Assembly (NCBI GenBank): GCA_964035545.1
Contig: OZ037773.1
Coordinates: 9,887,751-9,951,750 of the forward strand
Origin: Bugula neritina
Lineage: Eukaryota; Animalia; Bryozoa
Direction of reading: 5' to 3'
DNA length: 64,000 nucleotides
In this document: piece by piece, positions 25,761-47,822 of the stretch
Numbering within the stretch: the first letter of the stretch is position 1
Layout of the letters: the number at the start of each line of letters is the position of its first letter
Position numbers and translations under genes: made by a program
The notes under the pieces: generated by a model
The model's database searches: none
What the model was told of the DNA's origin: nothing
What the model saw: only the letters and a program-made list of their open reading frames with translations

Positions 25761-28700
25761 TATACATATACATATACTTACGAATATGAATTATTGCCTT
25801 TTTCTTTCTTTACAACCAGATAAGCAACAGTAAGTTGACTACCATGGCAACTAACCGAAACAATCTTTTTCTACAGTAAAGTATGAAACGGTCTTATAAC
25901 TGCCTGATTTAATCATGGCTACAGAAAAAAACATTTGCCAATGTTTTTGACATATTTTTTTATGTCAATATACTTTGAAAATTTTTTTAGTAAATTAAAC
26001 TTATAGAAAACAAATATTGCCCTGAAATTTTATCTGTAATAGAAATTAACTATACTTTGCAACAAGCTTTTTGAAGCTGCAAAAAATAAAATTCCTGGTT
26101 TATTAACTAAGGTTTTATAACCCTATATATATATGAACAATCATATAAGTGATAAAACATGATATATAATGAGTAGTTTGGTGATGCCACTTAATACGAT
26201 ATGTTCAAATCTAATGTATATATGAATTGCCGGCTTTTATTCAAGGCAATAAATGGCTATCCTTTTATTTCTTTTAAGTAGCTACAATTATTGCTTGAGA
26301 GAGTGTTAATACAGAGACTCTTTGAAATACTGCTGCTACGACTTGTTTTATGTGAAAGTATGCAATTTTGCAGAACTATATACTGTTAAATTTTATAGGC
26401 TTTGTTATTATGCCTTATTTAGCATAGAACACACAAATAACTTGCCAGCTTTATAAATCTTACAACTTTAGGTAAAAGATCTGCTCACTTTCAAACCCGT
26501 GTCAAAAATTGCAGTTGTTGAGGCGCCATCCGATTTTAATATGAAATCACGAGAGTGTTTGCACAATTGTGGGTCGATAAAACCAGGGGAGCCCTGAAAA
26601 GATAAACCAATTATGTAAAAAGAGTAAAAGATCATAATCAGATAAATTTATCAGCTATACTGCATGCAGTAGGTGTGGAAGAATTTCCATAACATTCAAC
26701 ATTATCTTATTTAATAAATATATTCTGCATCGTAGCATTTTTGGCATTAATAATTGTTGAATTGTTATGATTATATAAAGCAAATATAGAAATGTAGCAG
26801 CAATATAATATATATGTTAAAATAAAAGATACTACAATGCATATAATACCAATATGTTATACTTCAGCATAAAATACAGTCTGTTTTATACAATATTATT
26901 TAATATATTATGTATAGTAACTATACTACAAGAAAATGATGACTGATATATCATTTTAGGGTAATATATTACAATGTTTTTAGTATGTATATAATTTATA
27001 CTTGAATACAATTAACAAATGTAACCGTGTATAGTATATAAGTAAAAATATTATGATGATGAATACAATAAAATATTAGAATGTTTGATTATATGATAAT
27101 ATTTATAGCAATACATCATAACACAGTCGTAAAACTGTAATGCCATTTAAATAATAAATTTGGATATACGCAAATAATTTTAGTTAGAACTGCATGTTGA
27201 AGACAGCTAATATCTTGTATATATATTTTTTGAATGCAAATAAACTAGTAAAAAACAGAAATCAAACTAAATATAGCAGCAACTTACTCGAGGACCCTTG
27301 GCTCCCCTTGGTCCCTGAAATATTAACAAAGTTCCAAACTGCTGTATTATGTTCGCAATTTAACTAAATGCTAACTTTCGTAAAAACAAGAAACAATAAC
27401 AATTTGAAAGCACATTTTCTGAATTCACCTTATAATTGTTATGTAGATGTTTAAGTCAAGTCTATTTGACAAAAAAATCCAATCCGCTGAATTAGCTGCA
27501 ACACTCAGTCCTTTATTGTCATTATATAACTAACAATTTAATGTGCAACACAAATAGACAGTCTATAAATAGTAATTTATAAGGTTTTCATAAAGAATAT
27601 TATACTACAATTTTGTTTATTGTTGAAATTACTCTAAAATTTTTAGCAAATGTTGCCTTCCATGTCACTTGTGCTAGTTATAGAGCCCCACTAACCCCAC
27701 CCCTCCTTCCAGACACAGGTTTAAGACCATCAACACACATTACTAACTTATATTGAAGTATTGTAAAGGAGAGTTGTCTCTCCCAGTATCAATTGTGTAT
27801 ATTACATCATATAACATATAATTAAACTTGTTATATGAATAATCATTTATCGCCATTGAACTTACTGTTTGAAGGTCCTCCAACCATCTAATATTAGTTT
27901 GCATTTCACTTTCGAAATTGGAAAACTAAAAAATCAATAAGTTGTAGAGTTTAACTTGCTAACAAAAGCACACGTTAACACTCATTAACCTAAGCAAGTG
28001 ATTGTAGCCCATGTGAGTCCGTGCCCATATAATCAAGAATAAAATTCTTATAATGTTTTTATGGTAAAAGTGGTTTTGTTTGAAAGTTATATGATTCAAA
28101 ACAAGTATAAAAGTATAATATGCTTTCGATAAAATTAATTGTTTAAAGTTTTACAAGCTTTGCTTGCAACTCCTAGATATAAATTAAACAACATATCTAA
28201 TTAATAAATTTATAATCTATAAATAGACATTTGTCTAAATATGAACTCACTTTAGTGTTAAACTCATCTACTGTCTCACTTTGTTCTTTAATCTCTTGCT
28301 GAATTTCTTGTATCTAAAAAGAAACGCATATTCTCTACAAAATATACGAGCACTCCTGTTTGCCTGTGCATGCATGGACATGTGTCCGCAAGTGCACTTG
28401 CGTGTGCACACACACATATAGACACACATAGACACACACACTTACATGTACATATACACAAACACGCACATGTACATGTACATGTATACATGCATGTACA
28501 TGTGCATTTGTGCGAATGAGTGTAAGCGTGCGTGTGTCTTATGCATGCGTTATACATGTATGTGTGTTATGTGTGTGAGTTATGTACGTGTGTGTGTGCT
28601 TGTAGGTACTATAACTTAAAAACTAACTTACAGATCTTTGCAGCTCCAGAACGAATTTCAAATTTCCCGCATTTTCTAAAATTTTAAGATTAAAATTAAT

Positions 28701-31700
28701 TAATTTTTACTGAAGATATTACATATATGTAAATATTAATTTAGGTAACATCAATAGTATATGGGTTAGAAATGGCCGCATGTCAGCGAATATATTTTGC
28801 TTGTTAATAGTTATATAATAATGCCATGCCATTCCTGCAGGTAAATGTGATTAGCTACTATTTACAAATCAGTGTAATGATCATATGCCAATGTCAAAAA
28901 AATTTAGAGTATAATTATTATAAAACTGCAATGGAAAAATATATTTGACTGACTTAAGTTATAATTAGTATCTATAGGTAACTTGTTAAGTTGAGTCTAC
29001 ATACTAACCAATTGCTTTGATCGTAGAGATAGCCATTGCACTGAGTGACAAGAAAGAAGCCAAAGCTATTAGGAAACACAGTATTTCACTGAAGAGTTTT
29101 TTCTTGGGTGGTCTGCTAGCAGTGCTAACACTATAGTCTACTGATTGGTAATTGTGGGTGTGTGACTCTGGTGTAGACTTTTCATCTTCGGAATCTTTAT
29201 GTTTTTTCAGTATAGATGTATACGGTTTCCCTATGCTTGTAACATTGCAAACATAGGAAACATAAGAAAATAATAAATAGCATGTGTTTTGGTGTTTTAG
29301 ATTTCCACAAAATTGAATGCATTAAGTTAGCAGCCAAAGAATTTTCGCTTTTTCCACAACAATAACTATAATAACCATGAAACAGAGAATAGCCACACTC
29401 AACTAGTTGGCACTTTAATTATCAGTCATGCATGTGCTTTATATATGACACACTATAGATGGTACAATTCCAATCATCACAATAAGGCAAATGGCATTTA
29501 TAACTTTTCTAACATGCAACTACATTATTGGTATGTACTAAGTAAGTAAATGAAAACAAAGACATTCATGTACATTATCCGCTTATACTTACTCAGAGTT
29601 GGTGATTGTAGCATAGTTACTGTTATCATCTATATTGTCATACGAATCACTTCGTAGACGTAACTGTAATGTTTTTGATAGTCTGTTAGACTTTGGATCT
29701 TTCTTTGATCTAAAATATATTTCTAACATGTATTTATGGTTATATTATTGTATTATAATACATTGTCTGCGGCTTTTCCATGCAATCAGAAGATTAAAAC
29801 ACTGGCTGCATGATGGGTGATAATGTGGAGCTTCTTAATTTATTAGGAAAAATATATTTTATTGATTTTTTTGGTACAAAATTTGAAGCTGTTATAGTAC
29901 TAACACTTACAGTTTTCTATTAATATTAGCTAGTTCAGTAGCTATAGGAGTAATTGAGTACTAATATAGTGGGTAGAATTTCACCACTAATGCATGTAAT
30001 ATTATATATAGTATACTAATACTCAGTATATAGTTAGTATTATATATAAATATACTACTAATAATTATTTAATTTGCATATACTAATAGTAATTCAGTAG
30101 TAATAGTAAGAACTGTAAGCATTTTGTACTAGTAATTATTTAGGGCTAATAGTCACTTAGTATAATAGTACTTGTGGGCACTCAGTACTAATACTAGTAC
30201 TTATTCCATACCCTGCTCTAGATGTGTTCTCAAAGTCCGATCCTTCAGATATGAATGCATAACCTTCTTCATTATCCTTTTGTTTAGCAGAAGGTGGAGT
30301 CAAATAATCTTCTGGTGCTGTCACTTTTACACTTTTCGTAGGAGTTTCTACCCTTCAAAAGATGGAAGATAACTCCAACAACAGAAAAATACTTGTTTTT
30401 TTGTTATGTTGGTAATAGCAAAATATCTATACTATAATATTTGCTCTGCATATTTTTCATGTTTAACGATTATAATTATATTTAAATTGTCAGCTTTTTG
30501 TCATTGCAAAAATTTAATTTCATTTAGATATGAACTACATATTAAAACATAAAACGTCAAGAAAAAGTATTTTCTCAAGTGTTAACCTACTTCATGCTTT
30601 TTTAATACGTTGTGCGTAACATAGTGTATGCAGAAAAAGACATTTTTATAAAAAAACAGTGTTTTAACTATAACTAAATAATACCTGTGAAAGGTATATA
30701 TGATATTGATTATGAGATTCACATTTCTACCATGAACAGAATTAATTTGATAGTTTTATTATTACTGTATAAACAACTAACTCTGTTTGTCTGTTTGTAT
30801 TGACAGCTCGTTGTGAAAAGGAAGATAAGCCACTATTCAAAGAAGATGCCGGAGCTGAGAAGCGTTTTGGTAAAGGTAATAGAGATAAAGGTTTTTGCTC
30901 GGAATTTTCCAAAGGGTTTGCAGATCTAAAAACAAATAACCATTTTATTTGCTAGCATTCATAAAAAAAATTATTTTGTTTAAAAGTATTTCATAAAATG
31001 TGAACTTTTTCAGAAGTACATTACCTATAAACTATAAGTTCTTTTTAAATATTATTTTAATGTGACTGTAAAGATACCAACATTATCAAAAAAGAACTGC
31101 GTAACTTTCATACACAAGTTTGTCTAATTTTATTTTATAGTTTAATCTACTATGAGCAGATCAATAAACCCAAAACATACATTATGACAAATTATCTACA
31201 ACCAACTCATTTATTACATAAAATGTAATGGTGACAGCCCTAAACAAGTGCTTGTAGATATCTCCTTACCTTGGTTTTTCAGGTAGTGCCCGTGAATTCT
31301 CTGGCTGTAATGCTGTCCATGCAGAACTACTGGTAGGTGTGGTGAATGTCTTAGCAGAGACATCTAGAGAAGAAATAAGAGAAGAGTCTTCTGGAGGTTT
31401 AGTGATCTGATTTCTCTGGATGTTGAATGACGCACTTTGAAAGGAACTCTGTAAGTGGATGTCTGGTGTTAATTGTGGAGAGAGTTTGTTTTCTGGAAAC
31501 ATCGGTCTGCAATGTGCTTACTATAGTTTAGTTTTTTCATACTATAAATTGCATAAAAAGCTAGCTTATAGTACACTAACGTCAAACACTAGAGGGTAGA
31601 TACTGCAGGTTGTATATAAGAAAATATAGCTATACTCTATCTAATTTTAGACCTGTTAACAAATTACAAAATTGGTAAAAGTGTTTATCAAAAGCAGGTG

Positions 31701-32677
31701 TAAAACAGCCATAGTAATAATTTATACAATTATTTTTTAAATTGTTTTAATAACAAACATTACAGGTATATAATAGGAACTACCTGGGAGGATCTAAGGA
31801 TTCATGTGTGTTCTTTGGCCAGTTGGTTACATGACCATCTGAATTAGCAAACGGGCCATTGTTGGGTAAATTAGAGATTCCACTTATAGAAACTTTTAAA
31901 CCAGCAGAGTTTGAATATTCAGTTGGATCTTTAGTTTGTTTTTCTATTTCTATCGGTGAGTTGTCTACTCTTTTGTTCTCGGATGAAGTTGTGTTCTCTA
32001 TAAGTGGAGACCTGCAAATCAAAAATAGCTAGGGCTGTTTTCACTTGAACTAGTTACATAATGTCTGTTTTTAAAGATTCCTTTGAGCCTACAAGGTATT
32101 TGCGTGAGGTTTAATTGTTATATTATAGAGGGTGCAATATATTGTTTAAGAAGGAGACAACTCCTGAATGATATACACATATGTTATGATTGTTTTAGTA
32201 TTATACTCATATATGTTTCACTAAATGCTGACCTTGGTGTGTTGAGTGTCCATGGTGTATTTTGGCGCTAATACAGGTTCTAAGAGAAGAATAAGTTGTT
32301 TGACTCAAATTCACTTGCATATAATATTTAGTACAGTATTGAATTTCACCTAATAGGGTAATCCACAAAGCACCACCAAGCTTATAAAAGCAGAATGAAG
32401 CTTAATTAAAGGTAAACTCTTATATTATAGTAGCTTTCAGTGCATTATAATTGTTGACTCATAATTGGGTCAAATCTCTTGCCTTTATAGTTTTTTAGAA
32501 AACATAGCAATTTAAATCAACCTTAGCTATAACTTTACAACTTCTTCCTATGATAAACTTAAATTAAAAAGTATGTTTTAATTAATTGTAGACTTAAAAA
32601 CCCAAGCACAAAATATTTATGTACAATAGGTAAAACACTTACTCGTTGGCAACGTTTGACTCTGAGTTGCCAGACAT
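25395..32677 (-). CDS. Cluster gene C: type II membrane receptor-like protein, ~535 aa, 14 exons; tandem duplicate of gene D
   Basis: Exons 32643-32677 (MSGNSESNVANE), 31784-32011, 31270-31506, 30782-30925, 30212-30352, 29593-29709 (YDNIDDNSNYATI), 29009-29235 (TM), 28632-28675, 28251-28313, 27866-27925, 27288-27314 (GPRGAKGPR), 26489-26593, 25782-25870, 25395-25485 (CRCDF...CVMDYWICDVEAS*). Total 1608 nt, open; most exon sizes match gene D. Confidence 0.9.
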
Positions 32678-33562
32678 GTTTAAATACAATATTACGTTAT
32701 TAATTAAATTTTAAGCAAAAAGATGCACTTACAATGAAATATGTCACAATATTCTTTTTCTACGCAGAGTTCAAAAAAGTCTAATCTATCATTGTTGAAT
32801 TGTAAGCTTACATCGCGCTATACATAAAATCTTTTGTTATTATGAAAGAATTGTATTTAAACTCTGTGACTTGTAGTAAACAAACTTAATTTAATTCTTT
32901 AATTTGAATATATTGTTGTTCAGTTCTTTAACTTAAACAAAAAGAAAGTAAATACGTAGATGTATTATTTCTTTGCAATTGTTTTATGTAAATGCAATTA
33001 CAAAATATTTATGTAGCATTTTCAACATCCTAACTTTACACCACATATAACTTACAGTTGCAGTTTGTAATTTCGCAGTCTTTCATACAGCCAGTTTTTT
33101 AAATAAATATTTTTAGCATTATATTTATATAATTAGATGCATTTTTTAATAAAATTTGATACTTTTTAAAAAATTCTTTGCTATAAACTGTTAATCAAAT
33201 AAGTAAGACAACAATAGATCATAATTTTTATAGTTGTATCATAAAAGCCTTGCATTTAATTATTGTCTGAAACACAGTTTTGTGCGATTTCAGAGGCACA
33301 ATTAATGCATAGAATCACAACTACTGGTGCAATTAAACTAAAGAAACTAAATTAAATATTATAACAAATAAAATTATATATAGGTTAAAGTTTATCGGTA
33401 GATCCATGCAGTAAAATAATCTGCAGAAACTGTGTGTGCTAAAACGGTTTTCATTTTCTCCTTCAAGTTAATATTAAAAATTGAAAAACAAATCAATTCT
33501 TTTCTATATAACACAGTAAAGGAAATTCGTCCATGAAGAATTCCAGAAAATGTTTCTTTCAA

Positions 33563-40575
<7,013 letters not shown>

Positions 40576-42626
40576 GTTTGAATATATCGCAATATCAAAT
40601 AGTGATCATGTACAAAACAGCTATACACTGTTTATTTGTTCAAACATTCACAATCTTCAGAGTTCATATTATAAAGCTGAGTTATCATTGTTGAATTGTA
40701 AGCTTACATTGCGCTATACAAATCTTTTGTTATTATAAACAAAAAAATTAAAGTAAAAAAGTTTAATATTCTTTAGTAAGTTTTTGGTCAGTTCTTTTAG
40801 ACTGAAAGAAAGTAAATACAGTACAGATTATAGTATGTATAATACTATCTATCTGCAATTTTTTCATGCAAAAGTATTTAGGTAAAGAGTTATAGTTATA
40901 GTCATAATTATTTTATTTTTGTGGTATTTTTGACATCCTATATCTTTGCACTAGACATATACTAACACTTGGATTGCTCTTTATTATTGCATGCAGTCCA
41001 TTACAACCAATTTTTTTCAAACTGAAGTTTTTTATGTTGAGTTTATATTAAAAGCATATTTTATTAAAATATATTTAATTTTTTCCTTGATACTTTGCAT
41101 GGCCGGACAACTCATTAGTGAGTAATGTCTATATACTACAAATATTCTAACAATCGAAATGCTTCGCTCTAGAACTTTCAAAAGCTGCAGTGTTTACGTT
41201 TTTTCTAATTCTCAAAACTCATGGCTATATGTATAGTAATTTCTTTTTTATAAATTTCAATTAGTGAAATTTTTTTCAGGGGTATTTATTTTGATAAGGT
41301 GGGATAAAAATTGCACGTATTATAATTATATTTAAGATATAATGTCGTGGAGTTGTCTTCTTTGGCCAGCTTCAAAAACAAAACATTGCGTGTTGGTGAT
41401 TATTTGGCAATCAAGCTGCTAATGATGATAACAAACGCATCCTAGTATTAATATTGACATAAGATAAAATGACATAGACATTCACAGGAACTGTTGTGAA
41501 TAAACAATAACAAAAACAGGATCTAAAGCAGATAACAACTTGACTTATGTTTGCAGTTCATAGTTTTATAACAAATACATCATATAGAGTTACAATTATA
41601 GAGTATACTTACTCTTTATAGAGTATACTTACTCTTTATTATAGAGTATAAAATGCAGCAAAAATTATATACAGAAAATAGTATTTGTGGCTGGTTTGCT
41701 TCAGGTTATAGTTTTATAATACTTTAGCACCATGATGTGGCGGTTGTCTATTTTGATACCTGATTTACTTTGTGCATATTTTCCTCTTGCGGTTTAATCC
41801 AGTGGCTGCTGGCCTTGAAAATGATAAAAACTTCTGCCTGAAATATGATTAAAACAGCTTCAAACTGCAGGGAGGTGTTTTTATTTGACAGCTCACTTTG
41901 CTTATAGACTGAGAAATCTGTAGCATCCTAGAAGTTGACACTATTACTTTTAGAATATCCCCCCTTCTTTGGTGTAGACTCCAATAGTGGTAAAATGCTG
42001 ATTAATGAATAGCAACTGGAAAACTTGAAGTTAGTATGAGTAAGTCTCTATTTCTCCACCACTGCTCCTGAGTGGCACTAACTGGTGACACGTGACAAGC
42101 TTAATATTATTTATTATTGACACGATTGACAAATCTACACGCTTGGTTTCACTGCGGCCCATATGCGTGCACACAGTTAGTTAGAACCCTGTGACCCCAT
42201 CTCAATAGTTATACATAAAACACCACCTGTCATTAATTTACCTAAGTGTGAGTTGACAATACGGAGTTTCATTTAAAGCTAGTAGTTATACAGGTTATGC
42301 AACTGACTATAGCTAAAACCTGGATTCATTTTGATAAGATCGTGAAATGGAATACTGTTGTTCTGTGTACTAGATGCCAAATGTAAGTGTATAACATTTT
42401 TATATTATATAGTGTAATCTAAAGTCAGTTCTACATTATAACATGAGGCTGATAATTGGTCCAAGACAATTCTTCTCGATATACCAATCTTTACTTAAAT
42501 TTTGCTTTTAAACTAGCTGTATAGGTACTGCTTTTGATATTGAGCCTGAGGCTTATAGTATATATATATTACATATTTTATATTTGTGCATTTAGCATTA
42601 TATTTGTATTTGAATGTTCTGTTTAG

Positions 42627-42930
42627 TTACACTACATTCTATATATTTACACTACACTATATATACTTACACTACATTTTATATACTTACACTACACTAT
42701 ATATATATATATATATATACTTACACTACACTCTAAATATTTACACTACACTATATATACTTACACTACACTATATATACTTACACTGTGCACTATATAC
42801 TTACACTACACTATATATACTTACACTACACTCTAAATATTTACACTGCACTATATATACTTACACTACATTCTATATACTTACACTACACTATATATAT
42901 ATACTTACACTACACTATATATACTTATAC
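42627..42930. repeat. Minisatellite, ~20-bp unit (TTACACTACACTATATATAC) x ~14
   Basis: Seen directly; source of the LHYIY ORFs. Confidence 0.93.
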
Positions 42931-45900
42931 CACTCTCTCGATACTTACTCTAACCTTTAAATTACTCCACTAAGCACTAAACTAAATACACTCAAACTGT
43001 TTGCAACTGCATAGTATATAATATACAAAGAATGGAAAGCAGCATAGCTCTCTAGGTTTTTTCAAAACAGCGCATGGTTGCTAAATAAACATTTCATGCA
43101 GCTACCATTGCTGCAGCCTTAAAAATATATTTAATTATTGGCAAATTGCCTGTATTTCTAATGAAAAAAACTTATACATTTCGTTGTATTCATCATTAGA
43201 ATCGCAATTTCTTTTTATTATTAGACAGGTGTGTAGAAAAGGTATTAATGCAATGTCATCCAATTGTTTTGTTGTATTGAATGGGCCGCTAATATAAATA
43301 GAATGACTTAGTCAAGACTATTCAAGCAGTTGATTGTGTTGAATGCAAGTGTTCAGGTATATTATAACTCTTTTGTATTGCAATCAGTGCGTTTACGTAC
43401 CCTGTACGTTGTACACTGCCCTATCTCTTAGTTATTATTCAAGTCCACATTCTAAAGATTAATCTACTGCTGAACACATCTCATTATATTATAATATAAT
43501 ACTCGTCATATGTTGTGGATTGAGTAATTCATACTGTTTAAAGCAGCTCAGCTGTGAGCAGGTGCACATCCTGTCAGGGTGAGTGGGTAGCTTTTCTTTC
43601 AGGTTGTTCACCATTGCACTTTTTTACTTTTTCTTATTAATTAGTATAAAACTTTGTGATTAAAAAAAAGTTAGAAGCTTTAATTAAAAATGGCACATTT
43701 CTAACTACACTTTCCCTGACTTCTTTTCACATTTGTATTTATGGTTTCACGCATTGGATTACGCCTTTGGCATTTTTCTGACTATAAACTTTCTGAATTT
43801 TTCACTTTTGTGATCATAGCTTTCATGCATTGTGTTTTGTCATTTGGGTTTGACCCAAACAGCTGAGTACAACAGCTTAGAAACCCCAGATGATTTATAG
43901 ATGTATTAAGTACCTTTTAAGTATTCTTGCACACACCTCTTTGCACTGTACAGTTATCTGTCAAATCGTTTTAAACTAGCTTTTATCAGGTGAATTTCTG
44001 AATTATAGTATATTTAGTCTGAAGTTCTTTATAAATATATTGTATTATCTTACGGGCGGCATCCAGTATCCCTCAGGGTTTAGACCAAGCCAGATGCTAT
44101 ACATTGGATCCTATTCAATTGAGGAATTTTTGTTATGAAAAATTTGTAGAAGTTTTGTTTTACATAAAAATTATTGCAAATTGAGTTATGTCTCTCAAGT
44201 GTCTCCTATATATGAACAAATTAGTATGAAGGGAATTATAGAATTTGGGCTATTAAATGTTCTCCAAAAATTATTAACTTTAGACCAACTTTAAAAGTTT
44301 TTGTTAGTGTTTATATATACACACAGTAACAGCAGCTAAAACACAGTTTAAATTGAAATAACACAAATTATACAGGAACTTGGGCAGCAAATAAAATTGT
44401 TCTATCACTGCATCCAAATGATTTTTTCCTCACTCTACCTAGCAATGATATACAGATTATATACAAGTTGCGAGAGAAGCCGTGTGATCATAAACAGGAA
44501 TTAGAAGTTGCTATAGAAACTAAATGCCCACAAACAAGAGATTTCGTAGACTAGAAACTCATTTAAAGTTAAATATGATTTTTATTTTGATGAAGCTACA
44601 AAAGCTACCCAGGTTTACTAGACATGAAACCTTAACTGGGCACACATTACTTTTTGCAGGAATTTTCAGCATTATACCCTCAGTAACTTTACTTCAGCTT
44701 AATTTGTTTTAACGATAGAACCTATACAAAAGAGCAACTGCTATGTTGATTTCATTGCAACTTAGGATAATTAAATATTCAATTAAAGCAATAAATCATT
44801 AATCTTATCATAATAACCCTAATGTATAACTTTGTAATTCACAAGTTGACAGAAGTTCATGTTACTAATATTCTAACTGGCTGCAGTCTATAGATTGAGC
44901 TGCAATCAATGTATGTTTTATTTGCATTCAAAATTGAATCATTGAATATTTGATGTAAAAGTATATGATAAGATGTTCCTTATCTCCCAAACAGACTGAC
45001 AGGAAAAGTATTCAATGGGTATAAAAGATCATATTGGCTTGAGCTTATGGTTGAAGTGAAAAGCATACTTTTTGTGTAACAAAAGCCAGTCTTAGCTATC
45101 TAATGCATTTCTATATTACTGCATTGTATCCATTGCCTATGAACAACTGAAAGATTAAAGTATCCTGGTTGCACGTTGCAGACTGATGCTGTGGTTGACA
45201 GTGGAAACTCTGGATTCTTCGCAAACTTTTGCATCTTCAAATTTCTTGTTTTGCAAATTGAAATGTTATGAATATATTCTTAGCTATCTCAAGTTGCAGA
45301 AATTGGTGGTTGAAACATGTATTGGACAGATAGTGTGCTCTAATGTTTCATAAAGCATATCAGACCACTCTTTATCAGATAGCTCAGGCATTAATCATCA
45401 GGGTCATTCAAATGTGGAAACATTCCAATTGATGAAACAATTTTGGCAACTTTGTTTCCTAAAGCTTTTGGCATCAATGAGTTGGCATATTTTACCAGTT
45501 TTGGCAAAGGCTTTGTCATGTTGTGCATTGCATTTAGATTTTACGATATAACTGATATGTGTTGAATTTATAGAGTAAAATAGATACAAAAAATTATAAA
45601 ATTTACAAGACTAGCCTTAGAAAGCTTTTAGAGAGTTAGGTGAAGTTTGAGGGATAGGGAGGGGGGAAGTTCAGTAAGTTTGTCAAAGTTGTGTTTGTTT
45701 TTTTTTTCTGACAGTAGCATATTACAGCCTATTTATATCCTAATCTTTGCTTGTTCTTGTCCTGGTCGTTACCTCTATAAATTACTGTTGCCCAGGTCTA
45801 CCTTGCATGCACAGGTCCCTCAAGGACACAGTGTGGAGATAATCTAAACTTTTGACTTTGAGATATCTTAGTGCATATATACAGAGTAGGCGAATAAGGC

Positions 45901-46259
45901 TTTTTTACTTAACGCAGATAAAAAATAAAGAAGTTTTTTGCTAAGTTTTGCGTGGTGATCTTTACTTAGTCACTATATATTACATATGGCACACTTTCTT
46001 AGAGGTTGTGTCGTAAACTGAAACTTGCTACATATGGTGTCTATGTTTTTATATAGGGAGAAAGTTATTAGTTTTCAGCACTTTTCTTACAGTTCATGTT
46101 CTAAAATATGAATAAAACATTTCTTGTCATTGAGGACATAATTTGACAATTACTTTTGATGTTCAATATGATGTGTTGCTGATATGTTTGAAATTTGTTT
46201 TAGATTAAACATTATTGCCCGCGTCACTGAAAATTTGGGATTAACTCCACTTGACAAGA

Positions 46260-47755
46260 ATGTCTGGAGATTCTAGAGACACACAGATGTATTCTGCAAG
46301 CCAACAAAACGATTCTGGAGAAACACAGAGACCATCTGGAGACACACAGAGACCTGCTCAAGGCGCATACAAACTCCATGACGATACATCAGATGGTTAC
46401 TATCTTCAACCTCAACAGTTGACTGCTAACTCTGTCACCAGAAGTGATGAGTCTGGTAAATTAGCTGAGATTTCTAAACTTAGTAGGGGTGTTTGTATTT
46501 TTCAACCATAATCAATCTCTAAGCCCACAGGCTATTAATACTTATCTCACGGTTTTATTTCTCACATAATTCTATATATAGGTCACGAGAAGAGCTCAAA
46601 CCTCCTATTAAATTTAGTGGCTCATTTACATTGTATAATGTGTTTATAAGGACAAAATGACTGAATTTAACAGATCCATGAGTTAAATCTGATGTTCTAC
46701 GTACATAAGTGACAAATTGAGGTTTTAGGACCCATAGCACTATTATATTAAGTATATTAAGTCAGCTGTTGTAGATTCATCTCCCTTGCAGTACAGTACT
46801 GCATATGTAAGCTATGTCCCTCTCCAGTCACAATTCTATGTTATACCCTAGGCAAATTTCAAAGATGTGTTATCAAGTTTATTATAGACTTTATTCTTGG
46901 CACGCATGTTATTATGTGCAATTAGAGCTTAGCTTTAGTTCTTACAGTGAATCCTTATCGGTTTGGGGTTGATTAAACACCCCTGCAAATAAGTTTTGAA
47001 TATTAGGCATAGGTATTCTAAAATAATACAAATTAAACAACATTATTACATAGCACAGTTGTTTTGTTGTTTCATATTCAGCTTGAGGGTTTAAGTTAAC
47101 ATTTTTTCTAGTTGTTATGGCACGGGCAACTATTATATATTTTCAACTTCTAAGTAAGTTAAAGCACACAGTGGTATTAAACAATTGGGGACACATTTTT
47201 GTGGATTTTATTATAATAAATTACACATCAGATTTGATGACTTTACCAATACTCAGTGACCTAATCATGTAAAGCTAATGGGAAAACATTCCTTGCGTTG
47301 ACAAACTGACAGCCATTATCTTGCTAGACTTACTCTTGTACAGTCTGAGGCAAGATCACTGCATCCTGTTAGTTAGAATTACATTTAAAGATCTAAAATT
47401 ACTTTCATACATTTGGAGCATATGTTTGGTGTATAAAGTGGAGGTTGAAGTAATTCAACGTCAAACTTTCAAAATTGAGTCAGTTCTTAGCTCTGGCCAT
47501 CTGCTTTACGCAGGTATTGGTAGTCTATCTGGCAACAGTGGAAATGTGAACCCAGCCTTTTTATCTTCACCCGAGTCAGAGTTTGAGACGTCATTTTGCG
47601 CCGACGGTAGATCAACTTACTCACCAACTGATTCTCAGGCTATGGATTTTAGTTTAGGGTCTAATGAGTTGGATCTGCCACCTCCCCCAGCACCAGATCA
47701 GTTGTGGTAAGAATTCTATTATTCCACTTTACTATAATTTATAACTATAGAATTT

Positions 47756-47822
<67 letters not shown>

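Noticed and set aside
44950-45860. Possible transposase/PHD-finger relic on the minus strand (QWIQC...)
   Set aside because: A single short motif among stops and frameshifts, with no terminal repeats recognised; too weak to call.
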